A stretch of 64,000 nucleotides of DNA from assembly GCA_043228905.1 (NCBI GenBank), contig JBHGNT010000005.1, positions 15,376,001 through 15,440,000 of the forward strand. The letters run 5' to 3'. Of this stretch, positions 19,564-33,540 are shown piece after piece; the stretch's first letter is position 1, and every line of letters begins with the position of its first letter. The DNA is from Azolla caroliniana. Taxonomy: Eukaryota > Plantae > Polypodiophyta. The notes beneath the pieces were generated by a model, which was not told where the DNA came from, did not search any database, and saw nothing but the letters and a program-made list of their open reading frames with translations. A program made the translations under genes and the position numbers.

Positions 19564-21005
19564 GAGTCTCAATAGATGATCGGCGCTAGATGATTGATTT
19601 TTCTTGTTGCGGAAAAGTCAGCTGACAGTTGGTCTAGCCAAATGGCTTCCTTCGCTACCTTTGATGCTGCTATGTGCTCAACCTTTGTCGTAGACAGGGT
19701 CATGCACTCTTGAAGCTTCGATCTCCATGATATGGCACCACCACCATAAATGAAAAGATAGCTTGATGTCGACTTTCAATTATCCGTATTTCCGACATAG
19801 TCGGAGTTGGTATAGCCTTCAACTTTGGTTAGATTGACCGATCCGAAAGTCAGTTGTGCAACCTTGGTTCCTCTCAGATACCTAAAGATGTGCTTGAAGA
19901 CCTCCCAATGCTTCCATCCTGGGTTTTGCATGTACTGGTTGACAACCTCTACGACATATGCAAGGTCGGGTCGGGTCACAACCATAGCGTACATGATACT
20001 TCCTATGGTCGATGCGTATGATATCTTCCTATTGAGCTCTCTCTCCTCATTTTTCTAAGGAGAGTTTCTGTCCAATAGTCGGATTGACTTCGGAAGCGGA
20101 GTTGATGCTAGCTTCGCGCTCTCAATGTTGAAGCGCTCCAACACCATTTGTATGTAGTCGAACTGGGAGAGCCAGAGGAGGGTCTTCGGTGTCCGATTTC
20201 ACTCTATCCACATGCCTAGTATGTGTTGAGCTTGTCCAAGTTCTGTCATTGCAAATTTTCCGTGAAGGCTCCGCTTTAGTTTTCCGATCTCTACTCGATT
20301 TCTCCTTGTAATAAGCATTTCGTCGATGTATAGGATCAAATAGATCCGAGACTCGTCGACTAGTTGCTGAGTGTACATACATGGGTCGGAGTTTGACCGG
20401 TGGTAGCGAAGTTGTCGAATATAGGAGTCAAACTTCAAGTACCACATCCTTGGTGCTTGTTTTAAGCCATAAAGGCTTTTTTTCAGCCGACATACAAGGT
20501 GACCTTCCTCCCCCGTCGTCGTGAAGCCTGCCGGTTCTGACATGTAAATGTCTTCTCCTTAAGTCTTTGTAGAGGAATGCCGTCTTGACGTCCAACTGCT
20601 CAAGCTCTTGGTCTTTAGTCACCACAACCCCAGGTAGGAGTCGAAGGTTGTCATCTTGACTACCGGTGAGAATATCTCATCGTAGTCGACCCCATGTTCT
20701 TGTTTGAATCCCTTTGTGATGAGCTAAGCATTGTATTTGGGCTTTTCCAAATCAGATACATATTTGTATTTGAAGACCCATTTGCAAGGCAACGCCTTCC
20801 TTCCGGTTGGTAGTTTGACCAGCTCCCATGTTTGATTTTGATGGATCGAGTCCATCACAGATCTCATGGCCTGTAGCCATGTGTTGGCATTTGGCATGGC
20901 TAAATCTTCCTCGTAAGAGCTGGCATTTGATTTTGATTTTGATGGATCGAGTTCATCTCGGATCTCATTTGGTCTGTAACCATGTGTTGGCATTTGGCAT
21001 GGCTA
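19564..21005 (-). mobile_element. Copia A RT/RNase H remnant
   Basis: QLDVKTAFL, LKKSLYGLKQAPR, LYIDEM and AKEAIWL motifs with stops and frameshifts. Confidence 0.9.
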
Positions 21006-21009
21006 AATT

Positions 21010-24000
21010 TGACGTAGTTGAGGCTCGGTTGGTAGAACTCTGTTGGCCTTTGAACTCATGCGGATCTCTTGGGTGCCAATGTGTTTAGTTTAGATTCTTC
21101 GATCATCCCGGTTGTTTGATCGGTATTTCTTGAACCATCTTTAGGAGTCCTTTTCGATGATTCGTCCTTGCAATAGGATTTCAGCGATGTCGAATCACCC
21201 TCCCCTTCTTTGGGATTGATTGAGGGATTGGTTGGTGCCTTGGACAGTTCTGTGCGACATTTTGGTACCTTGGCCTGTTTGGGTGATTTTGTCATTTCGA
21301 TTTTGTCTCTGTTGTTCATAGGCCAGAAATGTAATTACAAAATATGTAAACTCGTTGGTAGGTAGAAAAGTAGGTGAGGAAATAGGTAGAACTAAATTAG
21401 TCGAGTTTTGAGCCCCTCACAATCAGCCGACGGCTCAGCTTTGTGTAAAGAAGAAAACTATATAAGCCGAGACCTGCATACCTCGATAGGGGAGAGACCT
21501 AGATTATTAGCAGGATCAATATAGTAGCGCTTGGCTCTACAAAAGACTGTTTCCGGCCGAGAGCCATGTACTGTATTCACTGTGAGCTTTCTCATTTAAT
21601 ATAAATCTCACTCTTATTGTTCCTTCATTTGTGTGTTCTCCTTGTACTCATAATCCTAGCTACGTCTATGTCTACTGGGTTGTAGCCCGTGTACGCTCCC
21701 CCCATTCCCCTAACGTCTTCTCGGTGTAGAAGAAGCCTTCACGTAACACGACCCCTTGATACCGATAGCATGTGGGCTCTTCGTAGGTGTTTTCTCCAGA
21801 AACGGTTAACACAATTTGGCACGCCCGGTTATAGCTATAAGGTCACAACGAACTACATAGGAGGAAAACCTCAGCCGCCATTACGACGCCCAATCACATC
21901 ACACGGTCTCGGTCACCTGCCCGACGCCCTGAGCTAGTCGAAGGAACTTCTGACTCGGCGTTCACTGATCAATCTTTCCAGGAACTATCGGAGGCCCACC
22001 GGTTGCAATCCTCGCCACTCGATACCCAATCGCAAGTTGATTCCACACCGATCTCCCCGTCAAGCCCTCCAGAGGTCACCCAACCTGACCCTAACCCTTT
22101 TCCGGTTTTACTTGAAGACCTGGATTCGATACCATGTCTTACCCTTACCCACGATATACAGACGGCCTAGACGCGGAATCGCACACCCGTGCTTTCGTGT
22201 CCACATGGCAGGCCAACCACTTGACGCAACGGTTATCAGTTGCCGAAATCGAGTCCTCCAAAATCGTGGAATTTGCTCTATCCCTCGATGGTCCGGTTGC
22301 TCGATGGTATTCTCGCCTCGATGTGGAGGAGGTCACAACGTTCCAAGACGTCCGAACAAAGTTTCTAGAATTATTTCACCGCGAAGTTCCGAAGCGTGAA
22401 CTGCTTTGGCAGTTCTTTTCCATGAGCTAAGAACCTCACAAGACGGTCACCCAATTCACGATTCGGTTTCAGGATCTCTACTGACAACTGGCCGATGATG
22501 TCTCCGCACATCACATTTCAGATACCTTCCTTTCCAGCCTACGAGAGCTTCTACGGACGACTCTCGCACTTACCAATTTCTCTAACCAGACAATCGAGCA
22601 AGTCATCGGACGCGTCCTCGCCATCGATCAGACACAACATAGCATGACTTTCTCCATGGGCTCTTTGCAAAGCACCCTTCCTCAGGAGGACAATTGTTTC
22701 CGACAAGTCCTCCAATGCACAGCCTGCTCGGACTCGGGCCATCTGGCTCTCGAGTGCCCTCACTGGCCACATTGTCCAATCTTTCAGTCCCGATCTCACA
22801 CGATCGAACAATGTGAATACAGCATGCTCAACCGCACAACGACGACTCCAGTTCGCCAGATCGAGCCTCGAAATACATACTCATGGTAGGATGAGCGTTA
22901 GTCCTACTGACATCGGGATAACGAGCGACCACGATCCCTGGATCGTCAGCGCCGTGACGACGACTGCTATCGCCACGACAACCGCAGGAGATCGGACGAT
23001 CGTCGTGACCAATACCGCGATGAACAAACGACGAGTATGACCGGTACGATCAACGGTATTCACGAAACAGTAGAAGAAACTCTTACAGAGGTTCACGGAA
23101 CAATCGACGGCATAACGACAATCGTCGTTGGGACCCTCCTCAAAACGTACTGTGCAACTCTCTTCCCCATAACACGCCATGGGCCAACACGCCTACACAA
23201 GAGGCCGAGAACTGCTCACACCCTCTCCCACACACTGATCACGGTGACACCAGCAACTCGGCATCGGTTACCTGCTTTAAGTGTAACCAACTCGGCTACT
23301 ACGCCACCCAATGCCCAACCACGGACTGCGGCAAGGCCCCGACCGTGAATAGTATTATGGTAGATGTTCAACACGTCACTACACACAGCAAAACCCAGGC
23401 TACCCAATGCCAAGTACAAGATGAAGTCCGACAAGTAGCCAAGGAATGGATTGACACCGCCAACAAAAGCAACGTTGAGCGGATGCACATAGGGATGTAG
23501 GACGTGACCCTCAGAGCACCACAGTCCACAGGCCACAAGACCATCCACCTCGGTAGACGATGACCATCTGTGGGATGCCCTTACCAGTTCTAGAATTTCG
23601 TTGCCATTGCATAAGCTTTTACCGCTCATGCCACGCTTTCGGGATACCTTGGCTATGCTCACAACTAACGCCAAATCGGCCGCACCCCCTTGTTAACTTG
23701 ACAGAGCCAGGGACGGGCCCACCTATCATGGATTCTCAGAATCCAGACATGAAAATCATGATTAAGGGACGCGGCTTTCATGGATGCATAATCGACGGTG
23801 GCTCCGGCGTGAATGTCATCAGCGAGGCCACATGTCACACACTCGGTCTAAACCAATGGGAACCTTGCCCCTTTTGGCTTCAGATGGACGATACGTGATC
23901 GGTTCGCCCCATAGGGTTAATCTGCCACCTTGACTTCACGTTAGGAGGCCAAATGTTCACTATCTCGGCAATCATATTACGCCTCGAAGCCCCGGGTGCC

Positions 24001-24717
24001 TACCCAATGCTGCTCGGACAACCCTGGCTACGCACAACAAATATTAAGCAACATTGGCAGTGAAATATGATCTCTTTCCGCCGGGGGAAGACCAAGGTAT
24101 GGATAATAACAGAAGAATGCCTAACCATGCCCCACAACACCACACCCTTATACGCGGAAGGGGTACACATGCTCGACGGGTTAGCCGACGAAAAGGTGGA
24201 TGACTTCCTGGAAGATCATCCCACTATCACACCCCTCTTCGAAATAAACGTCATCTCGGCCTTCGGCACACCACCGGACGAGGATGTCACGGTAGATTCA
24301 CTTCCCCAGGACGAGCTAGATTCCACAACTATCGCGGAATTACGACAAGCTCGGGATGCGTTTGAACGAGAACTCGCCATTTCCTAGCGAGCCAAAGCAT
24401 TAACGCTCGAGTCACTCAACCTCGGCTCAGACGAGAACCCGCGTACACTACAAATTGCTAACAACTTACCAGCCGACGAACAGTCAACCCTCATACGCCT
24501 GCTCACGGATTATCAGGATGTATTCGCATGGTCTTACACCAATATGAAGGGATTGGATCCCCAATATTACCAACACCAAATACACCTCTTGCCTGACGCT
24601 CGGCCGGTCCAACAACGACGATACCGTATGAACCTCAACTACGCGGCTAAGGTCAAAGAGGAGATCAACAAGCTCCTCCAAGTAGGTTTTATACGCCTAG
24701 TAAAAAGAGCCACATGG
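21010..24717 (+). mobile_element. 3'-truncated Ty3/gypsy element: 5' LTR (ends ~21813, start uncertain), PBS, gag with CCHC, protease, start of RT
   Basis: PBS TGGCACGCCCGG at 21817 (tRNA-Arg type); CFKCNQLGYYATQC; IIDGGSGVNVI protease; DVFAWSY...VKEEINKLLQVGFI. Confidence 0.85.
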
Positions 24718-25249
24718 AATTAGCTAAAAATTCTCTGCATTGTAGGCTGAAACTACTTTCTGCCACAACATTAGGCTCAATTTGAGTCAGTAAACGAAAC
24801 ACATTGATTTGTCACCTACAACATGCTTGGCAAATTTCTGTACTTCAACACCTGCTTCAGTTGTTGCATTTGTAGACATCAAACATTCCATGATGCCCAT
24901 GCCGCTTTCTGTAAGTGAATGAAACACACTGATTTATCACCTACAACATGCTTGGTAAATTTCTATACTTCAACACTTGCTTCAACTGCTGCATTTGTAG
25001 ACATCAAACATTCCATAATGTACATGTCGCTTGGAATAAAACGCGATGGGTTGCCTTGGATAGCCCACAACTATCCTCTCCCATGTCGCAACCGACCATG
25101 TCCTTCATCTCCACGACCATCGAGAATATACTTGTATGAAACCTCCATACCATCACCACTCCGCTTTATCACAACCTTCATGTTCTCACGTCAGCCATGT
25201 TGACGGTTACCACCAAAATCATGTACCTATAACAAAATGATATAATGTC

Positions 25250-25960
25250 CTCATCACCCCAAGAAAATATGCTTCAACCCCCACACCATCTTCACTCATC
25301 CTTATCATAAAACAAAAATATACTTTATTCACTCTACATCAACCATCTCGCTAAATGTTTCCTCATCCCCTCATGATATGCTTCAGCCCCCATGTCTCCA
25401 TAACTACTCATCCTAATAAAAAGCATAACATCATTTAGTACACATCAAACCATCTCGCTCTTGCCGATTATCACCAAAAACATTTCACCTACACAAAGCA
25501 AAATGAGAAACCTCTCTACCTCTTGTCATGGCAATATGCTTCAATCCCCACCGCCATCATCACTCATTGTAATGAGAAACATCAAATCTTCCTCATTCAG
25601 TCCACATCAACATCTCACCAACCATCTTGCCATCTCGCCTATTACCACCAAAATCCTGTACTGACAACAAAAAAGAATTCTAAAAAGGTTCTGCACCTTC
25701 TAATGGTAACCTACTTTAGCCCCCACACCATCATCACTCATCTTGATCAAAAAACAGAAAATCAGCTTCCTCAAGTCCACATCAACCATCTCGCTCGCTA
25801 TCGCCGATTATCACCAACATCTTATACCTGTGAAAACAACATGAGTGTACTCTCTACCTCTCCCTATGAAAACCTTCTCAACCCTCGCCAACATCGTCAT
25901 TCATCCTTATCGAAACTAAAGCATGTGCTTCATTGTTCACAACAAACATCTCGGAGATTA
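25250..25960. repeat. About five degenerate tandem units of roughly 110-180 bp
   Basis: Recurring ATATGCTTCAxCCCC...CATCACTCATC...CACATCAACCATCTCGCT blocks. Confidence 0.6.
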
Positions 25961-26161
25961 CTGCCAAAATCGTCTTACATGAAAAGACCCTTTCTATATG
26001 TCGCAATTGCCTCCTCCATGTTAACTCATGTTGTTTGCACTAAGAACGGTGTTGGTGGTCGGAACAACCAACGAGGTGGTACGTAGTGCCACCTGACTTT
26101 AGCGCTTGCATCCGACATAATAGGAATAGATGACCAAACTAGTTGAATTCTCCTTCCTTTC

Positions 26162-29100
26162 TGTTGAGAGACAAGCTCAACATCGGCCGGATCGGCTGAG
26201 CAAGCCGAAGACCGGATCGGTTGGGACCGATTGGTTAGGCCGGATCGGTTGGAAACCGGTATGTAGACCGATGCGTAGGAAGGCCGAATCGGTGCGGAAA
26301 CCGGGAGGCCATCAGAAAGATATTCCGCAATGAATATATTTGGGAGTTAGTGTAGGGGTTCCTCAATGAGCAATGAAGTACTGTCAGTACTTCTGTCAGT
26401 CCGAAAAGGACTTGTATAAAAGTGTTCATTGAACACACACGATGTACAGATCGAGTATTATTTTTGAATTAAGTTCTTGTGTTTACTCTCTGTCTCTCCT
26501 GTGTGTACTGTGCAAACCTAAGCTTTCCATTAAACCTGCGTTTTCTGTTGTTCGGTTTCCTATATTGCTTTCGCACGTCATTCTTTTCATGGTATCAGAG
26601 CGCGAGGGTTGAGAACCTCTGTAGTCGACTTTGCTTGAAGGAAAAACCAACGAAGAAGAACAAGAAAACTGATGGACAGAGGAATGGCTAGCTTGCTTCC
26701 GACGGAGAAGCTCGACAGAACCAACTACACATCTTGGTCCTACAAGATGCACCAGTACCTGCTTGGGCACGGTTACTGGAGCTATGTCGATGGAGCAAAT
26801 GACACAGCACCCGATTTGACACACAAAGAATTCCCGACGTGGGAACAATCGGTGAGTAGATTGATGTACTGTTTCGTGTCTTGTGTGGGCGAATAACTAT
26901 TAAGCTACGTTCGGGATGCAAAAACGCCGAAGGGTGCGTGGGAAAATCTGAAGAAGATATTCACCGCGAGCACCACAACCAGGAAGCTTCAGCTTCGACA
27001 GGAGTTGAGCAACCTACGACAACGCGAGTTGTCGGTGGTTGACTATATCTCGAAGGTCAAGGACATATGCGACTCCTTAGCTTCCATCAATGTGAACATC
27101 GAGGAAAGCGAGATGGTCCAGGTCTGTCTCAGGGGTTTGGCGTCAAAGTTCGGAGCTTTCCGAACTGCTGTGTGTACACGGGAGAATACGCCGTCGTTTT
27201 TCGACTTACAATCGATGCTCCTTATAGAGGAGAACCACGCGGGTGCATCGACAAGCACGCATGCCAACATCAAGATGTTGTACACGGAGGGAGATAGACC
27301 CCGTGGTCGTGGCGGACGAGGCGACTCGGTACGCATTGGAGGTGGCCGACGGGATCAAGGAAGACGACACCAAAGTGATGCTGACAGCAATTCTAGACCC
27401 TTCGGAAACAGGGTGAGTCGAGGCGATGAGAACCGGCAAGGGAAATCCGCCGCGGAATGCTGGTACTGTGGCAAGAAAGGCCATAGGGAGAGCGAGTGCT
27501 GGAAAAAGCACGCCGATTCGGAGAGAACCGGGTTCGGAACAGGTTCCGGACAGACCGACAAAGGAAATCGGCAACGATTGTACTACATTGAAGGATTCTG
27601 AGAAGACGGAAAAGGGTCAGTCTTTGTGACAAGACACGAAGAAAACTCAATGAAGAAGATCACCCCGAAAGCGGAGGAGGTGTGGTATGTCGACTCCGGC
27701 GCGTCAAAACACATGATGTGCCACGAGGAGTGGTTCTCATACCTTGAGAAACCGACGCAACCAGGAGTAGTCGCAACTGGAGACGACACTCCACATCTGA
27801 TCGCGAATGTCGATGAAGTTCCCTTGAGCCATGTCGGGCAGAAAGGGAAACTTATGAACGTGTTTCACGTCCTAACAATCATGAAGAATCTGGTGTCGGT
27901 TGGGCAGATTGTCGACCAGGGGATGCAGGTTCGGTTTACACATGTCGGGTGCTTCATTGAGGAAGAAGGCCGTGTCATTGCGCAATTGCGCAAAGATGGG
28001 AGGATGTTCATCCTCGACTCTGCTGACGGTGGCACCGCAATGTTCGCGAAGGGACAAAAAGTCGAGTCGGACATCGACTTATGGCACAAACGGATAGGCC
28101 ACATCAACTACCAGTGGCTTCAGGACCTGCAATCGAATTAGGTGGTATTCGGATTGCCCAAATTTAGTGGCCGGAAGACACAAATTTGTGAAGCCTGCCA
28201 ACTTGGAAAGCAACACTGACTTCACTTCCCCAACGAGCGTAACCGGAGCCGGAACAAGCTCGACTTGATACACTCCGATGTGTGGGGGCCGGCACAAAAC
28301 GTTAGTCTTGGCGGGAGCCGATATTTCATCTCCTTCATCGACGACTACACGCGGCACACGTGGATCTACCTCATCGAGAGGAAGAGCGAAGTCTTCGACT
28401 GACTCTAGGACCTCAAAGGGTTCGCGGAAACAGAAACAAGAAGAAAGATCAAGTGCCTGCGGTCGGATGGCAGAAAAGAATACTTTTTTGGTCAATTCAA
28501 CGATTATCTACAACAGATGGGAATTCAACGCGAATTCAGTTGTAGATACACGCTGGAGCAAAACGGCGTGGCCGAGAGAAAAAATCGGTCGGTTGTGGAA
28601 GCGGCCCGGGCAATGCTAGAAGAAAAGAGCTTGCCCAAGTTCTACTGGGCTAAGGCAGTAAGGACCGCGGTATACATGCAGAACCGGATTGGAGACAAAG
28701 TGTTGGCGCACGAGCTGTATTTCGGAAGGAAGCCGAACTTGCGACACTTACGAGTTTACGGTAGCATTGCATATGTGCATGTGCCGAAGGAGAAACGGAG
28801 GAAGCTGGACACAAAGGCCGAGAAATGTATCTTGGTCGGCTACTCGGACGAGCAGAAGGGTTATAAGTGTTATAACCCGCGCACCAAACAAGTGCGCGTG
28901 AGCCGCGACGTTGTGTTTGACGAGTCCGCGTCCTGGTACTTACCTCCGACTCCGGACCTCACCTCCAATCCGAGTTCTGACAATGAGGTCAGCGAGGCCG
29001 AGATGCCTCCGGATGAGCCTCAAATCGGGACCCGCGAAGAGAGTTCGATTTCGTTTCGGTTAAGCAGACCGAATGGACGACTGAGTCGGTTCGACCAGTG

Positions 29101-32100
29101 TGATGAAGAGCTGGCGAGTAGTGGAGACTTGGTCGTGCATTCCCCGCGCAGGAAGCCGAGGAGACGGCTTACGCGCAAAGAGAAAGGGAAGAAGAAGCTG
29201 TCGGATTCTAGCACGGATAGGAATGAGTCAGACCGACGCGAGTCCGACTCCGAGGGAAGCAGTGACGGGACTTCAAGAGTGAAGTCCGTTGTCGTGAAGT
29301 ACGAAAGCTTCACATTAAAAGTCTACAATAAGATAAATACGTAACTAAAATAACATTTGATAATGTTTTATATATAAAGATAATATTAACAACACATATG
29401 ATAATATTATATATATGTAAAGAAAAATAATATATATATATAGATAAATATATTATATTACACGAACAAGAGAGGACTTGAACCAATAACCCCACCCTAT
29501 GACTCTCAAATCTTACCATATACTCTATACTAGTAATATACATAAAATAAAGCATACTTTATATATACATTATATTACATAAAGGATTTGCTTCATGATA
29601 TAAAAAGAAAGTTGTATGTTGTATTCAATAGCATTTTGAGAATCGAACCCACAACCTCATACACCAAAGTTGACACACCTACCATTAGGCTAGGCCCTTT
29701 CTGTTTAAGATTATGTTTTCATGTTTATTCTTATTGCATATATTGTTTCATACATAAAAGCTCAAATGAGCGAGATGTTTATCATGCATCACATGTAATG
29801 CATGAACGCCAAATGGCGATCATGCATCACATGCATTTCATGCACTACATGCATGACTTGTACCCTCCAATGCATCATATGCATGGGGGCACCTATTTAA
29901 ATGGTGAAAGAGAAGATCAAAGGGAGATAGGTATGAGATATCAATCAAATTATGTATTACAGAAGAGATACCATAAAAATAGAGAAAGAGGGGAAGAAGT
30001 TGAACATAAACATGGAGCTCTAGCTTGGCGGTCGTGGTGGTCAACTCTCAACAAGAGGGAGGCGGTTCGAGCCTTATCTTCATCAAAATATTGAAGTGAA
30101 GATTGTAGTGGTCTACGATCAAGAAAGAGAAGATCGATTACCTTGCATGACAAAGTTCGGAGGTTCAACGGTGTGCACAATCATTTTGTAACTCTTTCAT
30201 GAAAATGATTATAAATTTCATACACTTTCTCATATATTAGTTTATATCTTATCTTGTCTTATCTTATATTCCTTAAAAATCCTATTTTGTCATATCTTAT
30301 TGATCTCTATTCACTCCATCTCTACTCTTTCGTCTCTTCCGTCCGTAATCCCAGTGATTCCTTCCTCACTTTCACGTTATCCTTTGTGTGCGCAACGCTA
30401 CGCTCCTAGGCGAGCCACGTCCCGACACCGTGTTGGCTGAGAAGACCTTGACATCGGCTAATGACCGATTACGCCGATCTACCTGCCAGAAGAACCCAGT
30501 TGTGTGGTTCGGATTCAACGAGTACATGGCGCATCATTATGCATACATGACCCGTGTAGTGGAAGTGCGTGAGCTAGAGAGCTACGCAGAAGCGGCTAAG
30601 GACGCGAATTGCCACGCCGCGATGGAGGAAGAGATGCACGCATTGGCGGAAAATGAGACCTGGGACTTGGTTGACGCACCGACGGGTGTGAAGCCGATCA
30701 GATGTAGGTGGGTGTATAGAGTCAAGTACAACACCGACGGCTCAGTCAATCGATACAAGGCCTGGTTAGTGGCAAAAGGCTACGCGCAGAAACACGGCAT
30801 CGACTATGATGAGACGTTTGCGCCGGTCGCGAAGATGACGACCGTCTGTGTTTTGCTCGCGGTAGCCACGACAAAGGGGTGGCACTTACATCAGATGGAT
30901 GTAAAGAATGCGTTCCTCCAAGGTGAGCTTGAGGAATAAGTGTACATAGTACAGCCCCCCAGATTTCACTCCAGAACGAACACGTCGGCAATGTGCCGAT
31001 TGAAGAAGTCCCTTTATGGACTGAAGCAAGCCCCACATGCCTGGAATGCGAAGATCACGCAACAACTGCGTCGGATGGGCTTTGCAACGTCAAAATCAGA
31101 CTCTTCCCTGTTCATCTGGAAAGGTCGACTCGGTCCGGTCAGTATTTTACTATATGTTGATGACTTGGTCATCACTGGCGCCGACCTAGGTGAAATTGAC
31201 CGTGTCAAGCTCCAGCTCGCGGCATCATTCGACATGATGGATCTGGGGGACCTTCATTACTTCCTCAGGATCAAAGTGATCCGCACCCCTGAAGGCATAC
31301 TGATCAGCCAACGACATTACATACTGAGTATGCTCTTCAAATTCGGGATGGCAGACTGTAAGTTCGTCTCGACTCCTCTGGATAGAACCGTCAAGCTTCG
31401 CCCCAATTTTGGAGAGGTATGCGACCCGACAAGGTTCCGACAAATTGTCGGAAGCCTTATCTACTTGACAATCACCCAACCCGATCTCAGTTATCCAGTC
31501 GGGGTGATCAGTCAGTTCATGGAGCGACCAACCGAGGAACATCTTCAGTGCGCACAACACGTACTCCGGTATGTCAGTGGCACTAAGGACCGGGGGCTAC
31601 AATATCGGTCTGATACAACCCCACAGTTGGTCGGCTACACTGATGCCGACTGGGCCAACAACGTTGCCGATCACCAATCCACGTCCGGTTTCGCGTTCTC
31701 TCTTGGGAGTGCCGCGATCGCGTGGAATAGCAAGAAGCAGCCGACAGTTGCGTTGTCGAGCACCGAAGCCGAGTATAGAGGAGCGGCTGTCGCGACATGC
31801 GAAGCCATATGGCTGAAGCGGCTAGTTAAGGATCTGCGGGTGGAGGTGTCCGATCCGACGATGATCTATTGCGACAACCTCAACAGCATCCAGCTCGTGA
31901 AGAACCCCTTTTTTCACGCACAGACCAAGCACATTGAGGGGCACTACCATTTCGTCCGTGAGTGTGTTCTCTCCGGTGAAGTCGAACTTCAGTATGTTCC
32001 GACGGATCGGCAAACGGCCGATATCTTCACCAAGCCTCTTGGTTTGGACAAGTTGCGGCAGTTCTCGGGTACGCTTGGGTTGTGTCACCTCGATGTGCCA

Positions 32101-33043
32101 AACGTGAGGGGGAGAGATGTTCCGAATGACCACGGAAGAGGGAGAGAAGTTCCGGAAGACGAAGATCGCGACGCCGAGTCGGATGACGAATTTGATTTTG
32201 GATCGGCTGAAGAAGCCGAGGGCGGATCCGTGGAAGAGTCCAAAAGCGGACATAAGGGGAGCAGCCGAAAGAAAGAGTCGAAGCCAACCAAGCATGGGGG
32301 AGATGAGGCTGTCAAGGGCAAGAAGACCGAAGACGAGTTGGAGACAGCCAACTTGGATGAGAGCAAAAACCAATCGGAGGTAGCCGAGTCGGTTTGGATG
32401 TTTGATTCGGATACACTGAATCAACCAAGGGCCAAGCGGAAAAGAAGGCAGTAGGAGAAGCGCCAACGCCGCGACAACAAGGGAGCTGTGAAGGGCCGTG
32501 GGAGTAGACAAGCCGACCGGAAGTGTCGAAGCGCGCGGAGTCGAACAGGCCGAGGAGCGCGAGCGAGGCGTGGAGCCAGGAGGAACCGGAGCGGTGATCC
32601 GGACGATCCCGAAGAGCCTCAAGTTGAGCTTGAGGGTGAGTGTTGAGAGACAATCTCAACATCCGCCGGATCGGCTGAGCAAGCCGAGGACCGGATTGGT
32701 TGGAAACCGGTATGTAGACCGGTGCGTAGGAAGGCCGGATTGGTGCGGAAACCGGGAGGCTATCGGAAAGATATTCCGCAAGGAATATATTTGGGAGTTA
32801 GTGTAGGGGCTCCTCAATGAGCAATGACGTACTGTTAATACTTTTGTCAGTCTGAAAAGGACTTGTATAAAAGTGTTCATGGAACACACACGATGTACAA
32901 ATTGAGTATTATTATTTTTGAATTAAGTTCTTGTGTTTACTCTCTGTCTCTCCCGTGCGTATTGTGCAAACCTAAGCTTTCCATTAAACCAGTGTTTTCT
33001 GTTGTTCGGTTTCCTATATTGCATCCGCAAGTCATTCTTTTCA
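26162..33043 (+). mobile_element. Full-length Ty1/copia element C (same family as B), interrupted by a solo LTR
   Basis: LTRs 26162-26589 and 32641-33043; 5-bp TSD CTTTC; PBS TGGTATCAGAGC at 26590; gag-pol 26672-32454 with stops. Confidence 0.97.
29290..30427 (+). mobile_element. Probable solo LTR (1138 bp) inserted in copia C pol
   Basis: TGTCG...CGACA ends; 4-bp TSD CCGT; removal restores the copia frame ...RVKSVLAEK...; strand is tentative. Confidence 0.85.
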
Positions 33044-33089
33044 CTTTCCGATTAGTTGTCTTTCTAGAACCCTTATAACTATCATAGTC

Positions 33090-33540
33090 ACCTTTAATTG
33101 TATGTACCAAAAAGTCTTAACTTGATCCACAACGTGAGTGTTTCATCATTGTATACCTTGGAACACGTAGCTTTCCAAAGAACCCATAAAGCCAAAGAGG
33201 AGACAATATGCCAAACGTAACTTCGCGAGAAGAACTTGATTCCCTGCAAGGAACTTAAAGTAGAGTATACCAGAAAACTTCTCACATGTAAAGTCAAGGA
33301 AGAATGATGATAATGATAAAATGCCATTTGTTGATCCAACATTCCCCAGAAAACTACACCAACGTGAAAATAGCCGATCTATACTTATGACCTAGAAGCA
33401 TAAGAATTTGAAACCAATTTTTTTTTGTGGCAACACATTCCCAAAATACATGATGCAGACCCATAGATAACACATGACCGATCACTAACTGATCCCCTCA
33501 ACAATTCACCTACTATCAATGCACAATGAATCATCAACTA
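33090..33540 (-). mobile_element. LINE (L1-like) ORF2 C-terminal remnant
   Basis: HHVFWEC zinc-finger half and W..VSSLALWVLWKA.C motif. Confidence 0.6.

Noticed and set aside
29636-29697. Functional tRNA gene
   Set aside because: A and B boxes are present but I could not fold a convincing acceptor or anticodon stem; kept only as tRNA-like
29588-30094. 168-aa His/Met-rich ORF as a metal-binding protein
   Set aside because: It lies within an LTR and the composition follows from CATGCA repeats
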